64,000 bases of DNA from Thermoplasmatales archaeon SW_10_69_26 (GTDB taxonomy: Archaea; Thermoplasmatota; SW-10-69-26): the NCBI GenBank assembly GCA_003009755.1, contig PXUB01000003.1, positions 25,667-89,666 on the forward strand, written 5' to 3'. Both the position numbers and the translations under genes were made by a program. The notes under the pieces are model-generated. The model worked only from the letters and a program-made list of their open reading frames with translations. It was not told where the DNA came from and did not search any database. This document shows, in pieces, positions 9,120-18,304 of this stretch (positions are counted from its first letter, which is position 1; the number at the start of each line of letters is the position of its first letter).

Positions 9120-9507
9120 CGGAGCGGACCGGGAAGCGCAGGCGACCTTCGAGGAGGCCGAGCGGTTCCTCGACGAGGCTCATCGCCTCCACCGAGCGGG
9201 TTTCTCCGGGCCCTCGCTTCGATCCTCCTACTATGCCTGTACCACGCGGCGCGAGCTCTGCTCCGTCTCGAGGGAAGCGACCCGAAGACACATCGCGGCG
9301 TGGTTTCCGAGTTCACGCGCCTCCTCGTGCGCGAGGGACCGTTCACGGAGGGAACGAGTGGCGACCTCAGCCGGGTCCTGTCAACGGTTGGAGAGCGACT
9401 ATGAACCCGGCTTGGAGGTCACCCAAGAGAAGGCCAACTGGGCCCTGGAACGCGCCCGACGATTCGTGAACGAGGTAGGTGACGAACTGGCGACACGCCT
9501 GTCGTGA
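9112..9507 (+). pseudogene. HEPN-domain toxin with two compensating frameshifts
   Basis: SYYA in one frame, YHAARALL..PKTHRGVVSEF in another (~9240-9380), then RLESDY back in the first frame. Confidence 0.8.
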
Positions 9508-9510
9508 GGT

Positions 9511-9807
9511 CCAGCCGTCGGACGAGGCAACCTCGAAAACGGAGCTGGCGAGAACGAGGGGATGAGAGGACGACCCCTCCCGGGGCCGTCTAACCGGCGG
9601 TGGACGCGACGATGCGAGCGAGGTCGGCGACGAACGAGCGGACCGAGGCAGGGCGTACGAAGAGATGAGTTCGGCGTGAGCGGTCGCTGACGAGGAGCGC
9701 GAAGCAGGGATACCCCTGTGGTATCCCGATGCAGCGCAACGACCGTCAGCGGGACCCGCTCACGCCGGCCTGCCGAGGGAGCTCGTGAGGCAGCCGACCG
9801 ACCGAGC
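9511..9807 (+). ncRNA. Structured non-coding element, homolog of 28331-28830 (opposite strand)
   Basis: Shared motifs gaggtcggcgac..cggaccgaggcagg, cgaagcagg and agccgaccgaccgagc; stems show compensatory changes. Confidence 0.65.
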
Positions 9808-9810
9808 CCC

Positions 9811-10971
9811 CTATTCGAGCGTGCCGCGTTCTTCCTGCTGCTGCTCGATCGCCTTGAACAGGGCCTTGAAGTTGCCCTTGCCGAACCCTTGGGCGCCCTT
9901 GCGCTGGATGATCTCGAAGAACATCGTCGGGCGATCCTGGATCGGGTTCGTGAACAGCTGCAGCAGGTAGCCCTCCTCGTCCTGGTCGACGAGGATGCCG
10001 AGCTCGGCCAGGTCCTCGAGCTTCTCGTCGATGTCTTCGACGGGGATGCGGTCGGGCAGGTCCTCGTAGTAGGTCTCCGGGGCGTCCAGGAAGTCGACGC
10101 CGCGGCCGCGCATCTGGTCGATCGTGGTCAGGATGTCGTCGGTCGTGATCGCCAGGTGCTGCACGCCCGGCCCGGGGTAGAAGTCCACGTACTCCTGGAT
10201 CTGGGACTTCTTGAGGCCCTCGGCGGGCTCGTTGAGCGGGATCTTGACCGACAGGTCGTCGTTGGCCATGACCACGGACCGCAGCGCGGTGTAGTCCGTC
10301 GAGATGTCGTCCTCGTCGAACCCGACGAAGCGCTCGAAGCCGAACACGTCCTCGTAGAAGCTGGCCCAGGGCTCGAGACCGCCCTCCGGCAGGTTGCCGA
10401 CGGTGTGGTCGATCGTGCCGAGGCCGACGTCGCCGGCGCCGTCCGCGTCGTCGTAGGGCTCGTAGCCGGGCAGGAACACGCCGTCGTAGTCGGAGCGGTC
10501 GACGAACGTGTGCACGGTGTCGCCGAACGTCGCGATCGTCGCGATCTCGACGGTGCCATGCTCGTCCTCGAGCGTCTCCGGCTTGCGCACCGCGACCCCG
10601 TCGTCGATCTCGCCCTGCGTGAGCTGATCCTCGTAATCGCGGGCGCGGTCGAGCGCGGTCTGGAACGTGTCCTCGACATCGTCAGCCGCCAAGGCGACGT
10701 CGCGGACGCCGTCGGTGTGCAGAGCCACGTGGTCGGCGATCGTGGTGTCCGGCGTCATCGGCGCCGTCAGGACGATCCGGATGTCCCCCTGCTCCATCAC
10801 GTAGCTGGCCCGATCCTCCACGTCCGTCTCTGGGCCGGCGTAGGCGACGGGTTCGAAGCCGTACGCGTGTTCGTAAACGTAGGCCGCCTGCTTGGCGTTC
10901 CCAACGTACAGTTCGACGTGGTCGAACCCCTCGATCGGGAGCTGTTCCACGTCCGTGTCGTTCGAGGTCAC
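9811..10971 (-). CDS. hppD: 4-hydroxyphenylpyruvate dioxygenase
   Basis: DHVELYVGNAKQAA, IDHTVGN, SQIQEY...GPGVQHLA, GYLLQLFT, FFEIIQR.G..GFGKGNFKALF. Confidence 0.96.
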   Translation of the reverse strand: MTSNDTDVEQLPIEGFDHVELYVGNAKQAAYVYEHAYGFEPVAYAGPETDVEDRASYVMEQGDIRIVLTAPMTPDTTIADHVALHTDGVRDVALAADDVEDTFQTALDRARDYEDQLTQGEIDDGVAVRKPETLEDEHGTVEIATIATFGDTVHTFVDRSDYDGVFLPGYEPYDDADGAGDVGLGTIDHTVGNLPEGGLEPWASFYEDVFGFERFVGFDEDDISTDYTALRSVVMANDDLSVKIPLNEPAEGLKKSQIQEYVDFYPGPGVQHLAITTDDILTTIDQMRGRGVDFLDAPETYYEDLPDRIPVEDIDEKLEDLAELGILVDQDEEGYLLQLFTNPIQDRPTMFFEIIQRKGAQGFGKGNFKALFKAIEQQQEERGTLE

Positions 10972-11096
10972 CCTGAGCCCTCCATGACCCTGAACGGACG
11001 GCGCCGCGATAAGGGTTGTGTGTCACCGCGTGCCATCGACCGCGCGCAAGGTGCCTTGTCGAAGAGTACAAGGGTCCGGGCGAGCTGGCCGGGGTG

Positions 11097-11870
11097 ATGG
11101 ACGACCTCGAGCTGCTCCGCTCGATGGCCGACGAGGTCGAGGCGGCGGTCGGTGACCTCTCCCTGAAGGAACGAAGCGAGGAGGCCGGCATCGGCGCCGA
11201 CGGCCTACCCGCCCACCGCATCGACCGCGTCGCCGAGCAGGCGGTCTTCGACGTTCTCGAGGGATCCCCCGCCGAGCTGAACGTCTGCTCCGAGGAGCAC
11301 GGGGTCGAGGAGGTCGGCGCGCCCCGCACCCTGATCGTGGACCCCGTCGACGGCACGCGCAACGCCCGCCGCGGCATCCCGTTCTACTGCGTGTCCCTGG
11401 CGATCACCTCCGGCGGCCTCGATCGGGTCGAAGCCGCCCTCGTGCGCAACATCCCCGCCAACCAAGACTACGTGGCCGTGCGCGGCGAGGGCGCCTACTG
11501 CGATGGCGAGCCGATCAGCGTCTCCGCCTTCGATCCCGAGGAGGCGATCCGCAGCCCGATCCTCGTCTCGCCGGTCGGCACGGTCGCCGCCGGTCCGCTC
11601 GAGCAGGCACCCAACGTCCGCGGCCTCGGCGCCGCCGCGCTCGAGATGTGCCTGGTCGCCCAGGGCTCGATGGACGCCTTCCTCCACCTGACCGAGGGCC
11701 TGCGCATCGTGGACGTCGCCGCGGGCCTGCTCATCGTCGAGGAGGCCGGCGGCAACGTCGTCGCCCCCGACGGCTCACGCCCCGAGCTCCCCGTCGACCC
11801 CAGCGCCCGCACGAGCCTGGTCGCCGTCGGCGACGAGACCGTCCTCTCCGATCCGGAGGTGGCAGCGTGA
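11097..11870 (+). CDS. Inositol monophosphatase/FBPase family (possible NADP phosphatase)
   Basis: SEE, DPVDGT.N, R.LGAAALE, DVAAG motifs. Confidence 0.9.
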   Translation: MDDLELLRSMADEVEAAVGDLSLKERSEEAGIGADGLPAHRIDRVAEQAVFDVLEGSPAELNVCSEEHGVEEVGAPRTLIVDPVDGTRNARRGIPFYCVSLAITSGGLDRVEAALVRNIPANQDYVAVRGEGAYCDGEPISVSAFDPEEAIRSPILVSPVGTVAAGPLEQAPNVRGLGAAALEMCLVAQGSMDAFLHLTEGLRIVDVAAGLLIVEEAGGNVVAPDGSRPELPVDPSARTSLVAVGDETVLSDPEVAA

Positions 11871-12682
11871 AGCTGGGCGTCAGCGGCCGCGCCGACATGG
11901 ACCGCCGCGTCGAACTGGCGCAGGAGGTCGTCGAGACCTGGGAGAAGGTCGCCGGCGACACCCCCTCGATCGAGCCCGCGCTCGCCGACGCCCTCGGTCG
12001 CGACGGCGGCACCCCGGTCGAGGAGATGGACGCCGAGATCATCGTGCCCGTCGGCGGCGACGGCACGATCCTGTGGACGCTGATGAAGAACCCCGAGGCC
12101 CAACTGCTCGGCGTCAACGACGGCGAGCTCGGCTATCTGACCGAGGTCGAACCCAACGAGATCCCCGACAGCCTCGAACGCCTGCACGCCGGCGACTACT
12201 TCGTCGAAAGCCGCAGCAAGCTCGACGTCACCCTCGACGGCGAACCGCTGGGCTCGTGCGCCAACGAGGTCGTCGTCAAGACCCCCCGCCCGAGCAAGCT
12301 GTTGTCCTTCGAGGTCTACGCCGAGGACCACCGCCTGGAGGACGTCCAAGCCGACGGCATCATCCTGGCCACGCCCACCGGCTCGACCTCGTACTCGATG
12401 TCGGCCGGCGGCCCGCTGGTCCACCCGGCGCTCGAGGCCGTGCTCTTCGTGCCCATGGCACCGTTCCGCGTCAGCCAACGCCCGATGGTGCTGCCCGCCT
12501 CCAGCGACGTCCGCCTTCGGCTGCAGGAGAAGGGCAAGGAGGGCGTGCTCGCGCTCGACGGCCAAAGCGAACACCGCATGGAGCCCGGCGACGAGCTCGT
12601 CGTCAGCCGCTCGGACGACGAGGCCCGCTTCGTCCGCTTCGAACCGCACTTCTACTCCCGCCTGCGGGAACTGTTCGGGTGA
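11867..12682 (+). CDS. nadK: NAD kinase
   Basis: GGDGT, NE, DG...[14 protein letters not shown]. Confidence 0.95.
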   Translation: MKLGVSGRADMDRRVELAQEVVETWEKVAGDTPSIEPALADALGRDGGTPVEEMDAEIIVPVGGDGTILWTLMKNPEAQLLGVNDGELGYLTEVEPNEIPDSLERLHAGDYFVESRSKLDVTLDGEPLGSCANEVVVKTPRPSKLLSFEVYAEDHRLEDVQADGIILATPTGSTSYSMSAGGPLVHPALEAVLFVPMAPFRVSQRPMVLPASSDVRLRLQEKGKEGVLALDGQSEHRMEPGDELVVSRSDDEARFVRFEPHFYSRLRELFG

Positions 12683-13122
12683 TCCTCGTGGGGTTCATCG
12701 ACTGGCTGCTCGGCCGAGAGGACGAGACCCCCAACCAGCGCCAACGCAGCGAGCACCCCGTCCAGAAGATCGAGAAGGAGGTGCTCGAGACGATCATCGA
12801 GTCCGCCAAGGCCGCCCACCCCAACGAGTTCGCCGGCGCGCTCCGCGCCGAGGGCGACACGATCACCGCCGTCCTGCTCGTGCCCGGCACCGTGCAAGGC
12901 GCCCGCCACGCCGTCATCCGCATGAACCGCTTGCCGGTCGACCGCAGCGTCGTCGGCGTCGTCCACAGCCACCCCTCGAAGAGCGCCCGCCCCTCCAAGG
13001 AGGACCTCCAGCTCTTCGGCAAGCACGGCCACACCCACATCATCATCCACCACCCCTACACCGAGACCACCTGGCGGACCTGGAACCACCGCGGCGAACC
13101 GGTCCACCTAGACGTCGTCTGA
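12679..13122 (+). CDS. JAMM/MPN+ (Mov34) metalloprotease
   Basis: HPNEF and HSHPS...PS..D motif. Start could be 12688. Confidence 0.9.
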   Translation: MILVGFIDWLLGREDETPNQRQRSEHPVQKIEKEVLETIIESAKAAHPNEFAGALRAEGDTITAVLLVPGTVQGARHAVIRMNRLPVDRSVVGVVHSHPSKSARPSKEDLQLFGKHGHTHIIIHHPYTETTWRTWNHRGEPVHLDVV

Positions 13123-13310
13123 CCCCCCTCCGCTCTGAAACGGGGGCGGCGAGTTCCCGATTCCGCTCACTATCTGGGACGACGCCGGTCCTTGTTATGG
13201 CTGCTCTGGCGGCCAACTTCGGCCGTTTCGAAATCGAAGGTCGCCCGAAATTTCCCAACGCTTACATAGGCCGTGTTGGGTTAGACGGCAACCCCGAGGG
13301 AGACCTTCCA

Positions 13311-13550
13311 ATGACGCACGTGATCGCCGAACCCTGCATCGGGACCAAGTCCGGAGACTGTGTCGACGTCTGCCCCGTCGACTGCATCTACGAGGAGGAG
13401 GAGATGTTCTACATCCACCCCGAGGAGTGCATCGACTGCGGGGCTTGCGTCGCCGTGTGCCCGGTGACGGCGATCTTCACCGAGGGCGACCTGCCCGACA
13501 AGTGGTCCGAGTACAAGGAGAAGAACCGCGAGCTCGCCGGCCTCGCGTAA
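13311..13550 (+). CDS. Dicluster (7Fe/8Fe) ferredoxin
   Basis: [17 protein letters not shown] and [12 protein letters not shown]. Confidence 0.93.
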   Translation: MTHVIAEPCIGTKSGDCVDVCPVDCIYEEEEMFYIHPEECIDCGACVAVCPVTAIFTEGDLPDKWSEYKEKNRELAGLA

Positions 13551-13608
13551 GCGACGTATCGACCACCCGTCGCGAACCCTGAAGGCCCCCGGCGAGCATT
13601 CCAAGCCC

Positions 13609-14283
13609 GTGGCCCTCGACCGCGAACGCGTCCACGGCCAGCGGGTCCGCCCGGCCCGACGCCCTCGCTGGCGGTCCTACGCCCCTGCGATCGTCACCAC
13701 GCTCCTGGCAGCGTCGTTGATCCCTGCCGGGAGCGGTCTCGCCGACCTCGGCGCTCGGATCGCCCTGCCCGCCCACGCCTCGGTGACGATCGCCGCGGGA
13801 CTCGTCGTGTTGCTCACCAGCCTCACGGCTGCCCTTTGCGACCAGCCGCCGGCCCGCTGGTACATCGCCGGCGTCTTCGCCGTCAGCCTCGGCGGCAACG
13901 TCGCCCCGACGACGTGGGTCTCGATCCCGCTCGTCGCGACCGGCGTGATCGGCCTGCTCGTCCGCGAGGTCGAACGCGGCTTCGACGGCATCACGCTCGG
14001 CCCGGCCGGGTTGACGATCCACCGCCCGCTCAAGGACCCGCTCACCGTCGACTACGAGGACGTCCGCGCCGTCCACACGACACCCTCCGTCGACGACGAC
14101 GGCACGCTCATCCTCGAGACCGAGCACGGCACCGTCACCGCTGGCGACCTCCCCGCCGTGGGCGATCTCAAGGCCCGCATCGAGGCCCGCACCGGCGGCT
14201 TCGACGTCGACGATCCCCAACAGACCGCTCGCGAGGTCCGCGAACGCATCCAGGACATCGTGCGAGGCAAGACCCCGACGTGA
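13609..14283 (+). CDS. Membrane protein with C-terminal PH-like domain
   Basis: About four TM segments followed by a soluble acidic domain; in-operon position. Confidence 0.7.
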   Translation: MALDRERVHGQRVRPARRPRWRSYAPAIVTTLLAASLIPAGSGLADLGARIALPAHASVTIAAGLVVLLTSLTAALCDQPPARWYIAGVFAVSLGGNVAPTTWVSIPLVATGVIGLLVREVERGFDGITLGPAGLTIHRPLKDPLTVDYEDVRAVHTTPSVDDDGTLILETEHGTVTAGDLPAVGDLKARIEARTGGFDVDDPQQTAREVRERIQDIVRGKTPT

Positions 14284-14741
14284 GCTCCGCCGACCCCGAG
14301 ATCCGCAGCCTGACCCCCGGCGACCGCGAGGCCGTCCGCCAGCTGCACGAGGCCTCCTTCGCCGACGAGGTCGCCTTCGACGACATCGTGCTCGACCGCG
14401 TGTTCCGCCACTGGAACACGCTCAACCTCGTCGCCGAGACCGAGGACGGCATCGTCGGCTTCGCCGCCGCCTTGCACGGCAGCCGACCGAAGGCCCGCCT
14501 GCTCACGATCCAGACCCACCCCGAGGCCCGCGGGCGAGGCGTCGCCAGCGCCCTCCTCGCGGAGGTCCAACGCCGGCTGCGAGCCCGCAAGGCCGACGTG
14601 CTCGAGCTCGAGGTGCACGTCGACAACGAGCCCGCGATCGAGCTCTACGAGAAGCGGGGCTTCGCGATCGAGCGCGAGGACCCGGCCGCCTACCCGAGCC
14701 TCGACACCTCGGCCGGCTACGTCATGCACAAACAGCTCTAG
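14280..14741 (+). CDS. GNAT N-acetyltransferase (RimI-like)
   Basis: HPEARGRGVA, LEVHVDNEPAIELYEKRGF. Confidence 0.9.
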   Translation: MSSADPEIRSLTPGDREAVRQLHEASFADEVAFDDIVLDRVFRHWNTLNLVAETEDGIVGFAAALHGSRPKARLLTIQTHPEARGRGVASALLAEVQRRLRARKADVLELEVHVDNEPAIELYEKRGFAIEREDPAAYPSLDTSAGYVMHKQL

Positions 14742-14783
14742 CGAACCCAACGCCTTTTTGAGGGCGATACGGCTGGCCGGTCG

Positions 14784-15746
14784 ATGCGGTTGGTCTCGTT
14801 CCAGCGGTCGGACGCCGCGAGCGTCGAGGCAGGCGTGCTCGACGACGGCAGCGTGATCCCGGTCCGCCAGCTCGTCGACATCGCCCACGCCGTCGTCGAC
14901 CGCGACCCGCCCGAACGCCTGCGCTCGGCCGATCCCGTCACGATGGAGGTCCTGCTCGACGGTTTCGGCGAACACCAACCGCTGCTGGAGGCCGCGCTCG
15001 CCGAGATCGACGACTCCCAGGGCCTGTCCCGCGAGGACGTGTACCTGCATCCGCCGGTCCCGACGCCGCCCTCGCTTCGCGACTTCTACGCCTTCGAGGG
15101 CCACGTCAGCCGCTCGTGGAAGCGCCGCGGCGAGCCCGTGCCCGACGCCTGGTACGAGATCCCCGTCTTCTACTTCTCGAACCCGGCCGCCACGTACGGG
15201 CCCGGCCAACCCGTTCCTCGCCCCAACTCGACCCGAGCCCTCGACTTCGAGCTCGAGGCCGCCTGGATCGTCGGCAAGCGCGCCCGCGACCTCGACGAGA
15301 CCGAGGCCGAGAACGCCATCGTCGGCCTCACCATCATGGACGACTTCAGCGCCCGCGACGTCCAAAAACAAGAGATGAGCGTCGGCCTGGGCCCCTCGAA
15401 GGGCAAGGACTTCGCGACCGCGCTGGGCCCTGCGATCGTGACGCTCGACGAGCTGCCCCGAACCGACGAGGGCCACTTCGACCTCACCATGGAGGCCTAC
15501 GTCGACGGGGAACGGATCTCCCAAGGCAACCTCGACCAGCTCCAGTACACGATCGCCGAGATGACGGCCCACGCCAGCCGCGACACCTGGTTGCAACCCG
15601 GCGACGTCATGGGCACCGGCACCGTCGGCACCGGCTCGACCCTCGATCAGGGCACCGAGGAGTGGCTGGAACCCGGCCAGACCGTGCGCCTGGAGATCGA
15701 GGGCCTCGGCACGCTGGAGAACGAGATCGTCGACCCCGGCGCCTGA
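14784..15746 (+). CDS. Fumarylacetoacetate hydrolase family protein
   Basis: RDFYAFEGH, PVFYFSN, LDFELE, DFSARD.Q, KGKDF, PGDV.GTGT. Confidence 0.92.
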   Translation: MRLVSFQRSDAASVEAGVLDDGSVIPVRQLVDIAHAVVDRDPPERLRSADPVTMEVLLDGFGEHQPLLEAALAEIDDSQGLSREDVYLHPPVPTPPSLRDFYAFEGHVSRSWKRRGEPVPDAWYEIPVFYFSNPAATYGPGQPVPRPNSTRALDFELEAAWIVGKRARDLDETEAENAIVGLTIMDDFSARDVQKQEMSVGLGPSKGKDFATALGPAIVTLDELPRTDEGHFDLTMEAYVDGERISQGNLDQLQYTIAEMTAHASRDTWLQPGDVMGTGTVGTGSTLDQGTEEWLEPGQTVRLEIEGLGTLENEIVDPGA

Positions 15747-15789
15747 GACGTCACGGCCGGGCACGATCGCGCCGACCTCTCGCCGGCCG

Positions 15790-15927
15790 TCAGAAGAGCA
15801 GGACCCAGGCGATGTAGCCGTAGCCGAAGAACACGAACGCCATCGACACGATCCACAGCCACCGGAAAGCGTTGGCGCGGCGCTCGGGATCCTCGAGCAC
15901 GGCGAGGAGCCGATCCTCGATCGACAT
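15790..15927 (-). CDS. 45-aa single-TM small protein (not in ORF track)
   Basis: MSIEDRLLAVLEDPERRANAFRWLWIVSMAFVFFGYGYIAWVLLF*; codon usage matches the genome and it fills the gap. Confidence 0.75.
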   Translation of the reverse strand: MSIEDRLLAVLEDPERRANAFRWLWIVSMAFVFFGYGYIAWVLLF

Positions 15928-16011
15928 CCACCGAAGTTCACCTGTCCTTTGCCGTTCAACGTTTCCCCTTCACCCCCCGGCTTCAAGGACCCCCACCTCT
16001 TCGTCGGGCCG

Positions 16012-16785
16012 ATGCCATCCCAGTCGGCGCCCGGCGACCCGATCGTGCTCAAACGCGACGACAGCACGCACCTGTTCCTCGTGCCCGAGCCCGGCGACAC
16101 CGTCGACGTCGACGGGATCGGCGTCGTGAGCGGCGACCTGCTCGCCGACCTGGCCGTCGGCGACCGGATGGAGCTGGGCCGCACCGCCTTCCGGGTGCTG
16201 TCCCCCACCCCCCAGCTCGTCTTCGAAGCCCTCGAACGCGGCGCCCAAGTGATCCGCCCCGCCGACGCCGCCCGCATCGCCCACCTCGCCGCGATCGGTC
16301 CGGGCACCCGCGTCGTCGAAGGCGGCGCCGGCAGCGGCGCGTTGACCGCCTACCTGGCTCACCTCGTCGGCGACGACGGCCAGGTCGTCACCGTCGACCG
16401 GCGCCAGGACCACCTCGACGTGGCTCGCCGCAACGTCGAGCGCGCCGGCCTGGCCGACCGCGTCAGCTTTCGGGAAGCCGAGCTGGCCGGCGTGGAGGAG
16501 GCCTGCGATGCGTTCGTGGTGGACGTGCCCTCGCCGGCCGACGTCGCTCCCGCCGTCGAGGACGGCCTGCGCCCCGGCGGCCGGGTCGTGTTCTACAACC
16601 CGCTCGTCGACCAGGTGCAGGCCGTCCGCGAGGCGCTCGACGAGGCGCCCTTCGCCGAGGTGCGCACCCTCGAGGCCCTGCAGCGGGACTGGGTCGTGCA
16701 CGAGCGCGGCGCTCGCCCGGACTTCGACATGCTCGGCCACACCGGGTTCCTGACCGCGGCCACGCGCGTCACCGAGCGCTCGTGA
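16012..16785 (+). CDS. trmI: tRNA (adenine-N1)-methyltransferase
   Basis: RGAQVI.P.D, VVEGGAGSGALT, DVP, RP...MLGHTGFL. Confidence 0.9.
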   Translation: MPSQSAPGDPIVLKRDDSTHLFLVPEPGDTVDVDGIGVVSGDLLADLAVGDRMELGRTAFRVLSPTPQLVFEALERGAQVIRPADAARIAHLAAIGPGTRVVEGGAGSGALTAYLAHLVGDDGQVVTVDRRQDHLDVARRNVERAGLADRVSFREAELAGVEEACDAFVVDVPSPADVAPAVEDGLRPGGRVVFYNPLVDQVQAVREALDEAPFAEVRTLEALQRDWVVHERGARPDFDMLGHTGFLTAATRVTERS

Positions 16786-18085
16786 CCTGAACCTGGAACA
16801 CCAACAGCCGACCGCCCAGGTTGTTCTCGCCGTAGGCTTGGCGCCCGTAGGCGTCCTCGGGCGCGATGAACCCGACCACGGTCTCGCCCAACCGGGCACG
16901 CTGGATCAAATCGCCCGGCTGGGTCTTGTTCAGCGTCTCGGGCGAGGGCGACAGCGGGATGGCCTGAGGCTGGGCCGGCGGGTCCTTGAACCAGGTCAGG
17001 GACGCCTCGTCGACGTAGATGGTTTCGGTCGTGTCGAAGGCCCGGCCGTCCTCGAGCACCCCGATGTAGCGGAGGTGCACCTTGTCCTGATCGACGGCGG
17101 GCTGACCGAGTTCGCCCACGCGCGTCGTCAACTCGAGCGAGGTCGAGGACTCCTCGCCCCGGAACGTGACGTCGAACGTCTTCTCGGTCCCGGTCTCGGC
17201 GTCCTCGGGCACCGTCACGTTCAGCCCGTAGACCACGGTTTGGCCGGAGGAGACGACGACCTGCTCGGCGTTCGTGATCGTCGCCCCCCACCCCTCGACG
17301 TCGTCCAGCGAGGTCTCCATCGTCCCGTCGAGGATCGAGGGCCCCGTGTTGCGGACCGCGATCAGGTGCTCGGCGGTGTCGCCCGGCTCGGCCACCTCGG
17401 TGCAATCGTACCCGTAGGCGGACAGCTCGGGCGGGGGCGCAGCCGGCTCGGGCGGATCGATCCACGTCACGTTCTCCAGGTGAGCCCCGTACAGCGGTCG
17501 GTTGCGGTCGTCGGTCGGGGTGTAGGACAGCTCGCGCGCCGTGTCCAGGCCCTCGACGACCTTGCCGAACACCGGGTTGCGGTCGTCGAGGCTCGGCGAG
17601 GGCGACAACGTGATCACGAACTGGCTGCCGGCCCCGTTCGGCTGCGGGCTCAACAGCGAGACGATGCCGGGCTCGTCGTGGCGCAGGAACTGGTGGTGCT
17701 CGTCGACGGTGTTGAAGTGGTAGCCGCCCGAGCCCCACGCGTCCCGATCGTCGTTGCTCGAGCGCGGGTCGCCGCCGAACACGGCCTCGTCGGGGAACAC
17801 CTGGTGGAAGCGGGTGTCCTCCCAAGTGTCCTCCTGCTGGGCCAGCCGGTTGACGTGGCCCGCCGTGAAGGGGACCTGTTGCCCGTACACGACGATCGTC
17901 ATCGTGCCGTTCGTCGTCTCGAACCGCAACCGAGGGTTGTGCTCGGTCGTCGGCTCGAACGAGGTGTCCAGCTGGCCGCAGGGCTCGATCGGGTTCTCGG
18001 TCGACGGCCCAGCGCCGGTGCCCGCGCATCCGGCGAAGACGGGTACCAGAACGACGAGCGCGAGCGCGAAACCCCGGCCACGCAT
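16769..18085 (-). CDS. Lipoprotein: cyclophilin-like + Ig-like + FKBP-like domains
   Basis: FAGC lipobox; GGDP, GSQFVIT, LD.RNPVFGKVVEG; C-terminal VHLRYIGVLEDGRAFDT..PEDAYG..LVFQVQV. Confidence 0.85.
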   Translation of the reverse strand: MRGRGFALALVVLVPVFAGCAGTGAGPSTENPIEPCGQLDTSFEPTTEHNPRLRFETTNGTMTIVVYGQQVPFTAGHVNRLAQQEDTWEDTRFHQVFPDEAVFGGDPRSSNDDRDAWGSGGYHFNTVDEHHQFLRHDEPGIVSLLSPQPNGAGSQFVITLSPSPSLDDRNPVFGKVVEGLDTARELSYTPTDDRNRPLYGAHLENVTWIDPPEPAAPPPELSAYGYDCTEVAEPGDTAEHLIAVRNTGPSILDGTMETSLDDVEGWGATITNAEQVVVSSGQTVVYGLNVTVPEDAETGTEKTFDVTFRGEESSTSLELTTRVGELGQPAVDQDKVHLRYIGVLEDGRAFDTTETIYVDEASLTWFKDPPAQPQAIPLSPSPETLNKTQPGDLIQRARLGETVVGFIAPEDAYGRQAYGENNLGGRLLVFQVQVTSAR

Positions 18086-18304
18086 GCTCTGGCCAACCCG
18101 GGCCCCGGCAAAAACGTTCCCGATGTTGGCCCTGGTCGTGACAGCTGGCCCGTCCCCGCCGCTTGCCTCGGGGGAACACCGAGGTTGCGGATATCGAAAG
18201 GGCTTTCCCGAGCTCGCCGGCTCGGCCGATCGCAGGGTCGCCGTGGACAGAGCGCCATCGTCCCCCGATCCGCCGACCCGCGGGTCCGTCACCCTGGGGG
18301 CTGG

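Noticed and set aside
9688-9710. Hammerhead ribozyme core (CTGACGA)
   Set aside because: No stem II-GAAA follows, and the motif is not conserved in the 28 kb homolog.
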